Part shown: positions 9,801 to 18,055 of the stretch, piece by piece
Numbering within the stretch: position 1 is the first letter of the stretch
Layout: every line of letters starts with the position of its first letter
Origin: a virus
Lineage: Duplodnaviria > Heunggongvirae > Uroviricota > Caudoviricetes
Virus record (IMG/VR): IMGVR_UViG_3300037454_000941
Coordinates: 74,063 to 138,062 of that record
DNA length: 64,000 nt
Direction: 5' to 3' (one strand)
Translations under genes and position numbers: made by a program
Notes under the pieces: generated by a model
Seen by the model: only the letters and a program-made list of their open reading frames with translations
Told to the model about the DNA's origin: nothing
Database searches by the model: none

Positions 9801-11424
9801 CGAGGACATGCGCGAAGGAATCGGCGTATACGACAAGCTCGCCTTCCTGGTTTCCGTGCTGGAACACGAGTTCGGGAAGAACCGGGTTGATCTCATTAAT
9901 ACATGGCGCTCCGGGGAGGACCAAAAGGGAATCTGCACGGGTGGCCCGGAAAGCGAGATGCTTTCATGGCATAATTATGGGCTTGCCGCGAAAATTCTCA
10001 TATACCAGGATGACTGCACAACGCCGATAGTTGACAAGAGTGATGATATGAAACGCCTGGTGAAAGTGGCCAGGGCGCTTACCGACATTTTCTGGGGCGG
10101 GCGCGTGGGTGCTCCGTGCAACTTGGTGTGGTGCGGGCGGCTCAAGGTAAACCCATCACTGTTTGACTGGGAATTTCTTCCGGTGGGCGTGGAGCATAAG
10201 GATGCCATAGTGTTCCGTGAAGCGCTTCTTGCACAGAAGGACCCCGTTCTCGAATGTTCGTATGTGGACGTGGATGCAAATGGACTTGTTGTCCCAGTCA
10301 GGCCGGAAGATTCTCGCCCATATGTTCTTGAATCATCTTCCGGGTATAGGAACGCCGTGATGGCGGGTGGTCACAGGTTCATGGCGCCCGACCGGATTGC
10401 CAATTACGAGACCCCGTCTGATATAGTCCTTTATGATGTGGTGGAATTTATAGATCTCATTAACTTGAAAATGGCCGCCAACGGTAACACGCTCGGCGAT
10501 CGTGGAAACATGTACGAGTGGAAGACGCTGAATGACTCGGCGTGCACGCAGCTAATCAGGTACTTTGCGCTTACAAACAACTTGAAGTCGGCCAAGGCCC
10601 TGCTTGCCGGGGATTTTGTAGAGAAGTATCAGGCGGTCGAGGATGCATACTACTCGACCTCCGTCGTGGACTATGTGAAAAACATGTTGGGGGACCGTTA
10701 CGAGACCGCATACGTCACCATAGACAATAGCCAGGATGCCGGATTCATCACCCTGCATGATGGCAAGCTACATGTGCAGGTCACTGACATTGTGCCGGAC
10801 AACGTGCCGACTATGATGGACATGCATGGACAGCAGAGTGTTGACGAAAATCACATAAAGCGGGGCGTGTGGCGTGACGGGGTGTTCTATGAGACCGGTG
10901 AAATCGAGATTCCGTTCACTGTTACCGATGAACCGGTGATTGAGGGGTATGTCGACGGCGTGCCTGAATATGGAGGTGCGCTCGCGTTGCACCAGGCGGT
11001 CGCATCTGAATTACATGCCGCATTTATCGAAATTCGCGACATGTTTGAGAAATACACCGGCCCGGTCATGTATGATAGGTTCCGCGATGGTCCCAATGCC
11101 GATAAGTTTGAACAGCTTGAAAATGAATTTGGCGCCATTGCGGCCCAGGACCTGGTGAGCTTTGATGAACTCGATGCAATGCTTTCGATGGATGAGATAG
11201 GGCGCAAGGGGGACAATGGAGCTGACGGGGACCGTAACGGGGGACCGGATGACATCTATGAGAAGGTGATTGACAATGCCCAGCTCGCTGGCATGCGAAA
11301 GGCGATCAGAACGACCGAACGCATGCACATCACTAACAGGGGGAACGGGTTGACCCCGGGTCAGATATACCGGGCGGCCATGGGAGGCCGTGCACCGGAC
11401 GCAAACGACATCATGAGCAATTGA
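6862..11424 (+). CDS. Large putative virion structural protein with a degenerate M15-peptidase-like segment
   Basis: 1520-aa ORF behind TATAAACT (6815-6822). Segment INTWRSGEDQ...SWHNYGLAAK resembles M15 'R-S..EQ...SxHNYGLAxD'. Confidence 0.7.
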   Translation: MYDFEKYYANIDAKAEVNIDLSGVDIEKPQGNPNEHVTNNVVYYVTGIQLANDADFSVPVEVSTNDRVKVDVRVGSETETSYISILHPLADVLDAGIGSEWHPGVNRESLLVLDSTDDPNETISYTILHDSNGSVGESYAYARVSVAPRYEFITGNGNDDILGRISGNMLSPMQVNQNVISDASVDNLPNAMQAIYALLGLYGKRKVALRTIRKISNKTARRRAVIEYDTFRKRMGLISDWCAENNYGVDVKYYDRSMAEPLPEGIEDATADDYRRNRKQAKAKHRIYQAAVLAADITRTTMKRNASFLDAYGTDLPAFLSNPKTSALVDNLTPAGDGVTALIPPVKDAAKGIFYPREEIENDFYSEFTEVYDGLKDALRIMRRYLSSKTKRKIRRLGAKFSHHSANDGTLSVDLDSLINLFDANYGMLGVGQAMMCTGNTGLPEQVTVYPRVFQVNGVFEQSTGKVSSWGASPDTTIPGNRGINVIGMHFVYSSNDYSTDDYSWDKAVCEMTSDEVRSALVDAYNWVLKRDGLKPIDVDALGLDDTSFTGGYNSLVDSDIRYRQCKRYIQFVGAWMNLIRSCGTKEGFWAFSNSHMIAPGESMMDWLLRLAIGGLVDWNLSGTYRVLDWETASSPGDGPVDYSSFHPGYELEWGVEPDSPDDIDDAVSAASIMVSAYKEMKGQLLTRAPFMSTYRIVRACMALESVSESIEDLEETVERIIWYQAFVNESAFTNRSMYLDRDAWLNRGGNDDDDYVALPFTPWALPARFMVPVAMYRKVRKKYRRWGLTRHKTVKVYDGVRWAEVRFYDLNVYSEYPQVEETPGQVFTLEKPASVNGTVVTFDEPLPEEIYNAGTGELTFDDPSATTMQVVFDSDMVAHLADGADAPALAGEHEVVTVKVPPEKSRNDGDALTPVTVHVESPSLPYDEEIRKKEFVDYGPLSQDKYFDVYRFGNGGFPGIPDRDRVSGWKAFRPTSRKIEDMREGIGVYDKLAFLVSVLEHEFGKNRVDLINTWRSGEDQKGICTGGPESEMLSWHNYGLAAKILIYQDDCTTPIVDKSDDMKRLVKVARALTDIFWGGRVGAPCNLVWCGRLKVNPSLFDWEFLPVGVEHKDAIVFREALLAQKDPVLECSYVDVDANGLVVPVRPEDSRPYVLESSSGYRNAVMAGGHRFMAPDRIANYETPSDIVLYDVVEFIDLINLKMAANGNTLGDRGNMYEWKTLNDSACTQLIRYFALTNNLKSAKALLAGDFVEKYQAVEDAYYSTSVVDYVKNMLGDRYETAYVTIDNSQDAGFITLHDGKLHVQVTDIVPDNVPTMMDMHGQQSVDENHIKRGVWRDGVFYETGEIEIPFTVTDEPVIEGYVDGVPEYGGALALHQAVASELHAAFIEIRDMFEKYTGPVMYDRFRDGPNADKFEQLENEFGAIAAQDLVSFDELDAMLSMDEIGRKGDNGADGDRNGGPDDIYEKVIDNAQLAGMRKAIRTTERMHITNRGNGLTPGQIYRAAMGGRAPDANDIMSN

Positions 11425-11468
11425 TTCTGGTATAAGCTACAGACGATAACGATTTTGGAAACTGTCGG

Positions 11469-13052
11469 ATGCCCGCACAAGTAGCAATAAAGAAATATAC
11501 AGGCAAGGATTCCGAGTTTGGGACACTGGTTTCGTCCCTGGGAATCAAGCGTGTTGACACGTGCGTACCCTCGACATACAGTTCGGAACGACTGGGTGGT
11601 CGTACGATTCCGGCTGATGACGGGAGCGAATCCGCATTCTATTGTGTATATCGCCCGGACGATCCCAAGTGCAAGGCATATTCGATGGAATGTGTGTTCA
11701 AGGTCCACCTCACGGCTCCTCCTGACCGGCAGTTAACCAACATCAGGCTTTATCCAACGGGACCGCGCCCCCGCGGAAAGCATCCGGCAGTCCTCAGGAT
11801 AGGCAACTCGATTTCGTATTCAAGGCCATCGAATAATCGTTCGCTCATCGCCGTGCACGACATTTGGGAATTTTCGCGCGAACGTCCATTTTACCTGAGT
11901 GTGTCGGGTCTGTATGGACAGGTTCCCCAGCAGCGCCTTGCCCATACTCACTATGTCGTTGAATACCGGGACGTGGGTTATGGAAACGTGGTTTTCCTAG
12001 ACGGTGAGCGCCAGCCGGTCATCCCGGTTGGGGTGTACACCGACAAGACGAAGGAAGTGTCCCTTACATTTGATGACCGGACGTTCGCGGCCAATAAGGA
12101 AACCCTGCGTCCTTGCCTGGCGTTCATCGATCCGGGTTCCGGAAAGGATATCAATAAGATTGCCCATGAACGGGGCATAGGTCCATTTTACAAGGTGGTG
12201 ACCCCCGACTCCAACGGGGGAGTGTTCCCCAGTGATGGCCCGGTGCTGGAACTCAAGGTGAAGAAGACTGGCGATGGCGGTTGGGACCTGATGGAGATGT
12301 TCCCCAATGGTTTGATCTACCAGATACCGAACGATGACGAGTTTGATTACCAGGGATCGGGGTATGTCGTTGCTTGGATGCCATTGTACTTTGGCGAACC
12401 GGGGTGGAATTCTACCGAGTCCGGCGACACCGAGTTGGTCCAAACGGCGTTCGTCCCGAATCGTTGGTTTAAGCGCATTTACACTACGACTGACGGTACG
12501 GTGAAGGAAGAACAACTCCCGGATCATTTTAAGAACAAGCCGGTCGAATATTATGATGTCGTTGCGGCCCCCGGATCAAACGGCGCCCCGGTTTACTACT
12601 TGAATGGGGTTGAGCGCCCGCAACTCATATTCGATATCCACAAGACATACCATTTCTTTAATCGGACTGGCGACAAGTTTCCGATGCGGTTCCTGGGAAA
12701 CATGTTCTCGCCTACAGCCGGAAATCCGGATGAGGTCGTGTCCGCCGGCATAGTTGTGCTGCGCGGAAACACGGTGATGGAAGAACTCTTCGTCAACCCG
12801 GAGCTGATTCTCAAAGCGGGCTCGCGCGTATGCTCGTATCAGTCGTTGTGCACTCCGGGCATGGGCAACGTGATTTACAACCAGCCACTCGCAATGTGCG
12901 GGAGTTACAACATGTGTCGCGTTGGAGGGGGAATATACAATCCCCTGATGGCCGGCGAGACCGATTATGTGTATATGCAGCTTGAAGTTGACGGGGAAAC
13001 TGACCCGGGAAGCTGCATACCGAATATAAAGTTGGAGTACGACGAGGTTTAA
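11469..13052 (+). CDS. Putative virion (baseplate/tail-associated) protein
   Basis: 527-aa ORF in the structural run. VYYLNGVERPQL...TYHF...YQSLCTPGMGNVI resembles cupredoxin-like repeats of T4-like virion proteins. Confidence 0.55.
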   Translation: MPAQVAIKKYTGKDSEFGTLVSSLGIKRVDTCVPSTYSSERLGGRTIPADDGSESAFYCVYRPDDPKCKAYSMECVFKVHLTAPPDRQLTNIRLYPTGPRPRGKHPAVLRIGNSISYSRPSNNRSLIAVHDIWEFSRERPFYLSVSGLYGQVPQQRLAHTHYVVEYRDVGYGNVVFLDGERQPVIPVGVYTDKTKEVSLTFDDRTFAANKETLRPCLAFIDPGSGKDINKIAHERGIGPFYKVVTPDSNGGVFPSDGPVLELKVKKTGDGGWDLMEMFPNGLIYQIPNDDEFDYQGSGYVVAWMPLYFGEPGWNSTESGDTELVQTAFVPNRWFKRIYTTTDGTVKEEQLPDHFKNKPVEYYDVVAAPGSNGAPVYYLNGVERPQLIFDIHKTYHFFNRTGDKFPMRFLGNMFSPTAGNPDEVVSAGIVVLRGNTVMEELFVNPELILKAGSRVCSYQSLCTPGMGNVIYNQPLAMCGSYNMCRVGGGIYNPLMAGETDYVYMQLEVDGETDPGSCIPNIKLEYDEV

Positions 13053-13109
13053 TTTTTTCGGTACACCTATAAACTTTTTGCAAACTCAGCCCAATGGCTG
13101 CACAAAGGA

Positions 13110-14810
13110 ATGAAAAACATGTCACAAGAAATGAACAAGAAAGCTATGGACGCCCTCTTCTGTCTCGAAGATTCGAAGGTCGTCTGTGAAGCCATTGGCG
13201 GTCTTGGACTCGACGCTGCCAACAAGCCAACCGATGATCCGCTGGAATACACCCCGGATAACATCCTGGATGTGGTCGTGAACGACAATCCGGATGGCAT
13301 GCCCGCTTTTCCGCAGGTCGGCCAACAGGAAATGGATGACGAGACGAAAGCCTTCGTTGTCGATCAGCTCGCACAGAAGTTGCAGGCTGATGGCCGAGAG
13401 ACCATCAATGCGGATGACCTTACGCCGTTCGCCGTCGTTATCAAGGGCGAGAACAATATCCCACAGGATCTGGTGTCCTTTACCGACCAGATTATCTCCG
13501 GCAACAATGCCCGACTCGCTTCGCAGAATGTGTCCGAAGCACTTCCGAATGGAGTCACGGCTGACTTGACCAATGGCGGTGCCGGGGGTGAGGAAGTTCC
13601 TCCTCCTGCTCCAGCAGCTCCTGGTGCACCGGAATCGGTTGACCCGAATGCTGCCCCTGCCGCTCCGGGTGCCGAAACCCTGCCGCCTGCTCCGGGTGGC
13701 CTGGAAAATCCGACCGATGCACCAGCCCTTACGACGAATCCGGATGATGGGCTCGGTATCGGTGCAACCGGTGAACCTGCCGGTGAAGGTGGCGACGAAT
13801 TCAATCTCGATGTGCCCGAACCAGGGGGCGAGGTCCCTCCTGCCGGCGATGGCGAATTTACGCTCGATGTCGGCGATGATGCGCTTCCACCCGCTGGAGA
13901 CACCACAGACACTGTCGGGGAACTCAATTTCGAGGACGGTGACGGCGATGCCCAGGCTCCTGCGGGAGATGGTGAACCCGCGTCTTCCGAAGATGCGCTT
14001 TTCAGCACCCTTGACAGCATGAGTGACGAAAAGCTCGATGGCGCCGATGGCGGCGATGGTTCTGAACCGAAGGGTGACGAAACGGGTGCCTCCGATTCCC
14101 CCAAGGATGACGACAAGGGTGGTGACAAGAAGGATGATGAGAAACCTGCAGAAACGGAAGCAGCTGCTGCTCCCGTGACTGAATGTGGTGCAGCTCCTGC
14201 TGAACCTACTCCGGCGGTTGAATGTGGAGCCGCCCCTGCCCCGGAGACTGAACCTACCGTAACGGAAGCTGCCGCACCTAACCCAATCGACCCGGACCTC
14301 GATGCAAAGTTGGAATCGATCAAGAACAACTACATTGAAGCCGTTGCGGCTGACAGGGTGAGGGCGGTCGTTGAATCCTTCCAGCGCAAGCGTGATGATG
14401 CCGACAAGCAAGCTCTCTGCGAAAGCATCATTGCCAACTACATGGCCTCTCAGGAAGCGGCTGAACAAAAGGCGCAGCTTGAATCTGTTACCATGGCCGA
14501 GAAGATTGGCGAACTCGGTGAGAAGGTAGTTGGGCTGTATGGCGCCAAGACGGACCTTGATGCGAAGCTCGAATCCATACTCGATGGCTACATGGCCGCT
14601 AAGGCCAAGGAAGATGAGAGCAAGGCTCTCGATGCTAAGCTCGAATCCATCGTAAACGACTACGTTAATGCCAATGTCGATAAGGCTCCAGAACCGGAAC
14701 CTGCGCCTGCCGTGGTGGAATCCGCCAAGGTACCGGAAAAGTCGGCACTTGATGCAAAGCTCGAGTCCATCATCGCAGAAACCAAGGCCAAGATGGCTGC
14801 CGCTAAGTAA
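13110..14810 (+). CDS. Acidic Pro/Ala-rich putative prohead core/scaffolding protein
   Basis: 566 aa, very acidic, helical C-terminus with four LDAKLESI repeats. TATAAACT at 13068-13075, SD AAAGGA, terminator after. Confidence 0.6.
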   Translation: MKNMSQEMNKKAMDALFCLEDSKVVCEAIGGLGLDAANKPTDDPLEYTPDNILDVVVNDNPDGMPAFPQVGQQEMDDETKAFVVDQLAQKLQADGRETINADDLTPFAVVIKGENNIPQDLVSFTDQIISGNNARLASQNVSEALPNGVTADLTNGGAGGEEVPPPAPAAPGAPESVDPNAAPAAPGAETLPPAPGGLENPTDAPALTTNPDDGLGIGATGEPAGEGGDEFNLDVPEPGGEVPPAGDGEFTLDVGDDALPPAGDTTDTVGELNFEDGDGDAQAPAGDGEPASSEDALFSTLDSMSDEKLDGADGGDGSEPKGDETGASDSPKDDDKGGDKKDDEKPAETEAAAAPVTECGAAPAEPTPAVECGAAPAPETEPTVTEAAAPNPIDPDLDAKLESIKNNYIEAVAADRVRAVVESFQRKRDDADKQALCESIIANYMASQEAAEQKAQLESVTMAEKIGELGEKVVGLYGAKTDLDAKLESILDGYMAAKAKEDESKALDAKLESIVNDYVNANVDKAPEPEPAPAVVESAKVPEKSALDAKLESIIAETKAKMAAAK

Positions 14811-14830
14811 AATGCGGATACAGTGAATTA

Positions 14831-14860
14831 AAGGCGTCGCCGATGGCGGCGCTTTTTCTT
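14831..14860 (+). terminator. Rho-independent terminator
   Basis: GCGTCGCC-GAT-GGCGGCGC followed by TTTTT. Confidence 0.7.
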
Positions 14861-14909
14861 GTGCCCGGAAAGAAGATAGTTTTCAAGGGAAACCCAATAA
14901 ACTGTAAAC

Positions 14910-17132
14910 ATGGGACATTTTAATGGACGACTCAAACAGGCTATAAAGAACGCCGCCGAACGGGCGAGCGGGGCTGAGGGCTCGTTCTATGACATTATCA
15001 AGTCATACAATTTCTTTGATGTAGCTGACCCGGAAAACAAATTGACTGACTGGCAGCGCGCCGCGGTCCGCAAGGAGAATCTGCATCGGTTCAGTGCTCT
15101 GTGTAGTGCCATCTCGGACATGTTTGTCGATTTCCTGGCGAATGACGAATATGGCGTCATGACAACCGTCCTTGAGGATATTGTGAATAAGTTGGACCAG
15201 AGAGGTGCACAGACCGCGGGTGAAATGGATGCGATAGGTGGCATGCTCGGTACGCTTACCAGTGGGGCGAGCGAATCTGCGAGACAGGCACTTTCTTCTG
15301 CCATTGCTGCCGCAATGCAGGGAAACAAGTTTGACCCGGATGTACTCCCCCCGATAAGCATTGGATTGAATGGGTTACCGATTTCCATAGCAAATTTCTA
15401 CAGGCCGGGATTCACGCAGCCGAACTGGCCGTTCCTGTATGAACACGAGACCAGGAAGGAGGCGGGATTCTATGACGATGAGGCCGGGCTGATGCTCGGG
15501 CCGGGAATCCCCATGTCACTTGGTGGAAAGGCGAAGATACTCGTGTTGAAGACGATATTTGCCGTTCCATCGGTGGATGATCATGGGAACCCCGTGGGGG
15601 ATATGGAGGGCGGACTTAGCGAAGAGGAGTTCGAGATAGTCAAGGGGGCGATGGACAAGGGATCGGTCGCCGAGTTGACTGAGAAGGAACGCAAGTTCAC
15701 GCTTACTGCCGAACAATCCCGCGCGTCATATTTCCGATATATCAATTTGGTCCTCTGGGAAGCGATATGTAATAAGAACAATTGGGCATACCTCCATTGG
15801 GGTATACTTTCCCATAACTCGATGCCTGAGCCCATCAAGACAGCCGTATGCAGTTTCCTTCGAACAAACGGGCTGGCGCTGGATGCCAACGTGAACGGGC
15901 CTGCTGCCATGATCAGCTATTGCTTGAATATTGGCATGGCGTATTTGACCGGGCGCAGGAACCCGGTGTGCATTGTTGGTATACCCGGGCAGAAACTGAA
16001 AGCTATCAGGGATAGCGGTTCCAAGGAAGTCGTTGAGGTCACTGAATATGGTAAGGCCACTAGGTACGAGGGCGGTGTCCCGAAGGACACTGCGTTGGCG
16101 AAGTTACATTTCGGGTACATCGCTGATATCCTCATCCGACTAACTAATTCATCCTCGGAACATGATGTTGCGTTACGTAAGCGCAGGGTGGATGAGGCTA
16201 ACCTCATTTACGGTTACTGCGGGTATCCGCGCGTGGAGTACGGCATGTCGCCTGCGGCGATTCCGTATGAACTTAAGGCCGATGCTGTTGCGTCCCGTGG
16301 ATTTATTGAATTGATGAAGTCGACCGTGTACGTGTTCCCCAACCGATCGGGTACATACGGCGCCGGCGCGAACGTCAAGATTCGCATGCAGAACCGGCAT
16401 ATAGATCCGGATGGCACTATCCTGCAAGACCGTTCGAAACAGGTTCTTCAGTGGCTCGGCGCTCAGATAGGGATTGATACCATAGAAGTATCCTCTCTAT
16501 TCAGGGATGAGGAGAAGCAGGGGAACGCGATGGCAAACAACTGGCACCGAGGTAAGCGCATCGCCTATGGCTCGGGCGGTATGCGAGTGAACAAGGTGTA
16601 CATCGACTACGCGGCGTCCCATGGCGGTACGAAGGCGTACACCCCGAGACTGAAATATGATAACGGCCTGAAGGTGCCCGATGCCGACCTTCCTCACGTG
16701 AAGGAGCTCATGGTGGAAGAGGCCAAGCGCGTGGTCGCCGAAGGTGGAAAGGTTTCAAATCACTGCGGGGACCAGACCAAGTACCAGGCAATAGACATTA
16801 GCGCCACTTATATTTCGAAGTATGGCAGGTCGGTGTGTGACAGGGCAGTGGCCGTATGCAAGGATGCGTTGCGTCGCGGCATCATCCAGGGACTGATACT
16901 CCCCGATGGGTGGGGGGATCCCCCGGCAAAGACTGATGAACCGGCGCTTCACATTGAAGTCAACCCGACATTGGAGAGCCCGAGGATACCTATGGCCGCG
17001 GAGGACCCTGCGTCTCTCGCCCCGGACCCGGAAGAGGATATCGCGATTATGGTGCGCAACGACAATCTGACGAATAAGGCGTCACTGGATGCGGTGTTCG
17101 TCAAGGACAGTGTGGACAGGAGGAACGCTTAG
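14910..17132 (+). CDS. Putative virion-associated peptidoglycan hydrolase (GH24-lysozyme-like plus M15 Zn-peptidase-like)
   Basis: YDDEAGLMLGPG and LRKRRVDEANLI resemble GH24 N- and C-terminal motifs. SSLFRDEEKQ...SNHC...AIDI...LHIEV resembles an M15/Hedgehog-fold Zn site. Confidence 0.55.
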   Translation: MGHFNGRLKQAIKNAAERASGAEGSFYDIIKSYNFFDVADPENKLTDWQRAAVRKENLHRFSALCSAISDMFVDFLANDEYGVMTTVLEDIVNKLDQRGAQTAGEMDAIGGMLGTLTSGASESARQALSSAIAAAMQGNKFDPDVLPPISIGLNGLPISIANFYRPGFTQPNWPFLYEHETRKEAGFYDDEAGLMLGPGIPMSLGGKAKILVLKTIFAVPSVDDHGNPVGDMEGGLSEEEFEIVKGAMDKGSVAELTEKERKFTLTAEQSRASYFRYINLVLWEAICNKNNWAYLHWGILSHNSMPEPIKTAVCSFLRTNGLALDANVNGPAAMISYCLNIGMAYLTGRRNPVCIVGIPGQKLKAIRDSGSKEVVEVTEYGKATRYEGGVPKDTALAKLHFGYIADILIRLTNSSSEHDVALRKRRVDEANLIYGYCGYPRVEYGMSPAAIPYELKADAVASRGFIELMKSTVYVFPNRSGTYGAGANVKIRMQNRHIDPDGTILQDRSKQVLQWLGAQIGIDTIEVSSLFRDEEKQGNAMANNWHRGKRIAYGSGGMRVNKVYIDYAASHGGTKAYTPRLKYDNGLKVPDADLPHVKELMVEEAKRVVAEGGKVSNHCGDQTKYQAIDISATYISKYGRSVCDRAVAVCKDALRRGIIQGLILPDGWGDPPAKTDEPALHIEVNPTLESPRIPMAAEDPASLAPDPEEDIAIMVRNDNLTNKASLDAVFVKDSVDRRNA

Positions 17133-17133
17133 T

Positions 17134-17859
17134 ATGGGCAAGCTATATAAGGACAAGAAGAAGGATTTCGATGGAAAGGTGTATGGGTACCTGATTAAGC
17201 GTCTCACCTCGCCGATTACCGATTCTGATGCATACCACATGGGTTATGTTGATGAGTATGGGAACGAAATGAAACCGATTGACGGTTGGGCGTATACCAG
17301 ACTGGATAGGTTGGTGTTCGACCTCAAGAGTATTCTCGGAAGTCGACTTGACGGGATGGGGACAAATTATACCGACATTGATTCGCTCGCGCTCATGGAT
17401 GGGGTTGATGATGTAAAGGGCTATACCAAGCGTTATACCCCGCTTTTGTCGATTATAGAGGAGGCTGCCTACATTCCCCCGGGTCTCCGTGGGAAGGCCG
17501 GCGAGGTAGACGAGACCAGCAACCTGCCGATGTCAGATCGTATATCGTTTGCATTGTCCGTGGCGACATTCCTACTGTTCTCGGCGAAACTAGACCGGTT
17601 CCCAAATGAATACGAGATTGACGGGGATGTCCTCCCCGCAGTCGAGGCAACGTTTGGCGTAAGGTCGCTTGGCTCGATGAGTGAATTTAGGGATTATGCG
17701 AGCAACGCGAAGATTACCGATGGACGCGGTCTCAACGACGATGGGTATCGTCTGTTGGTTAGGGCCGCAAGGCGCATCGTGTCCCAGTCGCTATGTCACA
17801 GGTCATCTGAATCGACCGATGACATGTCATCGAACTGGAGGAGTATCTCGAATGCATAG
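17134..17859 (+). CDS. Hypothetical protein with a motif typical of T4-superfamily phages
   Basis: SD AGGAGG at 17118-17123 favours ATG 17134. N-terminal LIKRLTSPITDSDAYHMGYVDEYGNEMK pattern. Confidence 0.7.
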   Translation: MGKLYKDKKKDFDGKVYGYLIKRLTSPITDSDAYHMGYVDEYGNEMKPIDGWAYTRLDRLVFDLKSILGSRLDGMGTNYTDIDSLALMDGVDDVKGYTKRYTPLLSIIEEAAYIPPGLRGKAGEVDETSNLPMSDRISFALSVATFLLFSAKLDRFPNEYEIDGDVLPAVEATFGVRSLGSMSEFRDYASNAKITDGRGLNDDGYRLLVRAARRIVSQSLCHRSSESTDDMSSNWRSISNA

Positions 17860-18052
17860 GATGTACAACGGGATGCCGCTTTTCGAACTCGAATTCAATG
17901 ACTTCTCCTATGTCGTTGAATGCGTCATGTGTGGAAAGCGTATGCTCGCCCGTAACATTTCTAGCCAGGAACTTAAACAATATTTCGAGTCGGTCCGGCG
18001 CGCCAATTTCGCGGCGACATACGGCGGAACCGTCATAATTTACGGAAGGTAG
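17852..18052 (+). CDS. Small CxxC-containing hypothetical protein
   Basis: 66 aa (MHRMYNG...ECVMCGK...), SD GGAGGAG, fills the gap directly before the portal gene. Confidence 0.55.
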   Translation: MHRMYNGMPLFELEFNDFSYVVECVMCGKRMLARNISSQELKQYFESVRRANFAATYGGTVIIYGR

Positions 18053-18055
18053 AAC

